A program made the position numbers and the translations under genes. A stretch of 59,637 nucleotides of DNA, counting the filler, from Circinaria calcarea (taxonomy: Eukaryota), in assembly GCA_051942165.1 (NCBI GenBank). It is 11 parts of 11 records of this genome, joined end to end, with 100 filler letters (N's around TTAATTAATTAA, not from the genome) between each part and the next. Parts side by side here need not be neighbours in the genome. Positions count along the whole stretch, not along the records: positions 54,319 to 59,637 come from JAVECS010001944.1; 10 more parts are not named here. One strand, given 5' to 3'. The notes below the pieces were generated by a model. The model worked only from the letters and a program-made list of their open reading frames with translations. It was not told the origin of the DNA and made no database searches. Of the stretch, positions 59,439 through 59,637 are shown in pieces (the stretch's first letter is position 1; each line of letters begins with the position of its first letter).

Positions 59439-59637
59439 TGTAAGGGCTCTACCCGAGAACCCCTACGAACCCTACGGGGGAACTATACACCGAGGTCACG
59501 AGGTGCTGGCTTAGCGAGAAAGGTTTTCCTCGCGAAGTGTTACACGAGAACTCTTTAGCAATAATTCATACGCTGATGCGAACCAATTGAGCTCATTATC
59601 ACACAGTTCATCGACCCTTATCGTAAGATCATTATAC
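59439..59637 (+). mobile_element. LTR, family A, truncated by the window end
   Basis: Starts TGTAAGGGCTC and aligns throughout with 14494-14700. Confidence 0.8.

Overview
This is filamentous ascomycete (Pezizomycotina) DNA, judged from short GT-AG introns with CTRAY branch sites, RIP-type C>T/G>A damage and fungal gene families. The window is not one locus. It is 11 contigs of about 5.3 kb (5349 down to 5319 bp, sorted by length) joined by ten artificial 100-nt linkers (44 N + TTAATTAATTAA + 44 N), so gene neighbourhoods mean something only within a contig. Intact or partial genes: two tandem coiled-coil paralogs, a steroid 5-alpha-reductase 3' end, two tandem cytochrome P450s plus a PTH11-like membrane protein end, an NDT80/PhoG transcription factor (xprG/vib-1 type), a vip1 5' end, a C2H2 zinc-finger protein, a BCS1-like AAA ATPase end, a head-to-head SNF2 helicase / NACHT pair and a glycosylated membrane protein. 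Pseudogenes: reducing PKS, NACHT-ankyrin NLR, 3'-5' exonuclease, BCS1-like ATPase, MFS transporter and a MULE transposase. Repeats: two LTR families, two MITE families and a ~310-bp tandem array. The standout is a tRNA-Phe(GAA) gene at 27834-27981 (minus strand). Besides the ordinary 18-nt anticodon-loop intron, it carries a 57-nt insert in the D-loop with spliceosomal intron signals (GTATGA...GCTAAT...TAG). Removing that insert at the GT/AG boundaries, together with the 18-nt intron, gives a canonical 73-nt cloverleaf. All calls come from manual reading; no searches were run.
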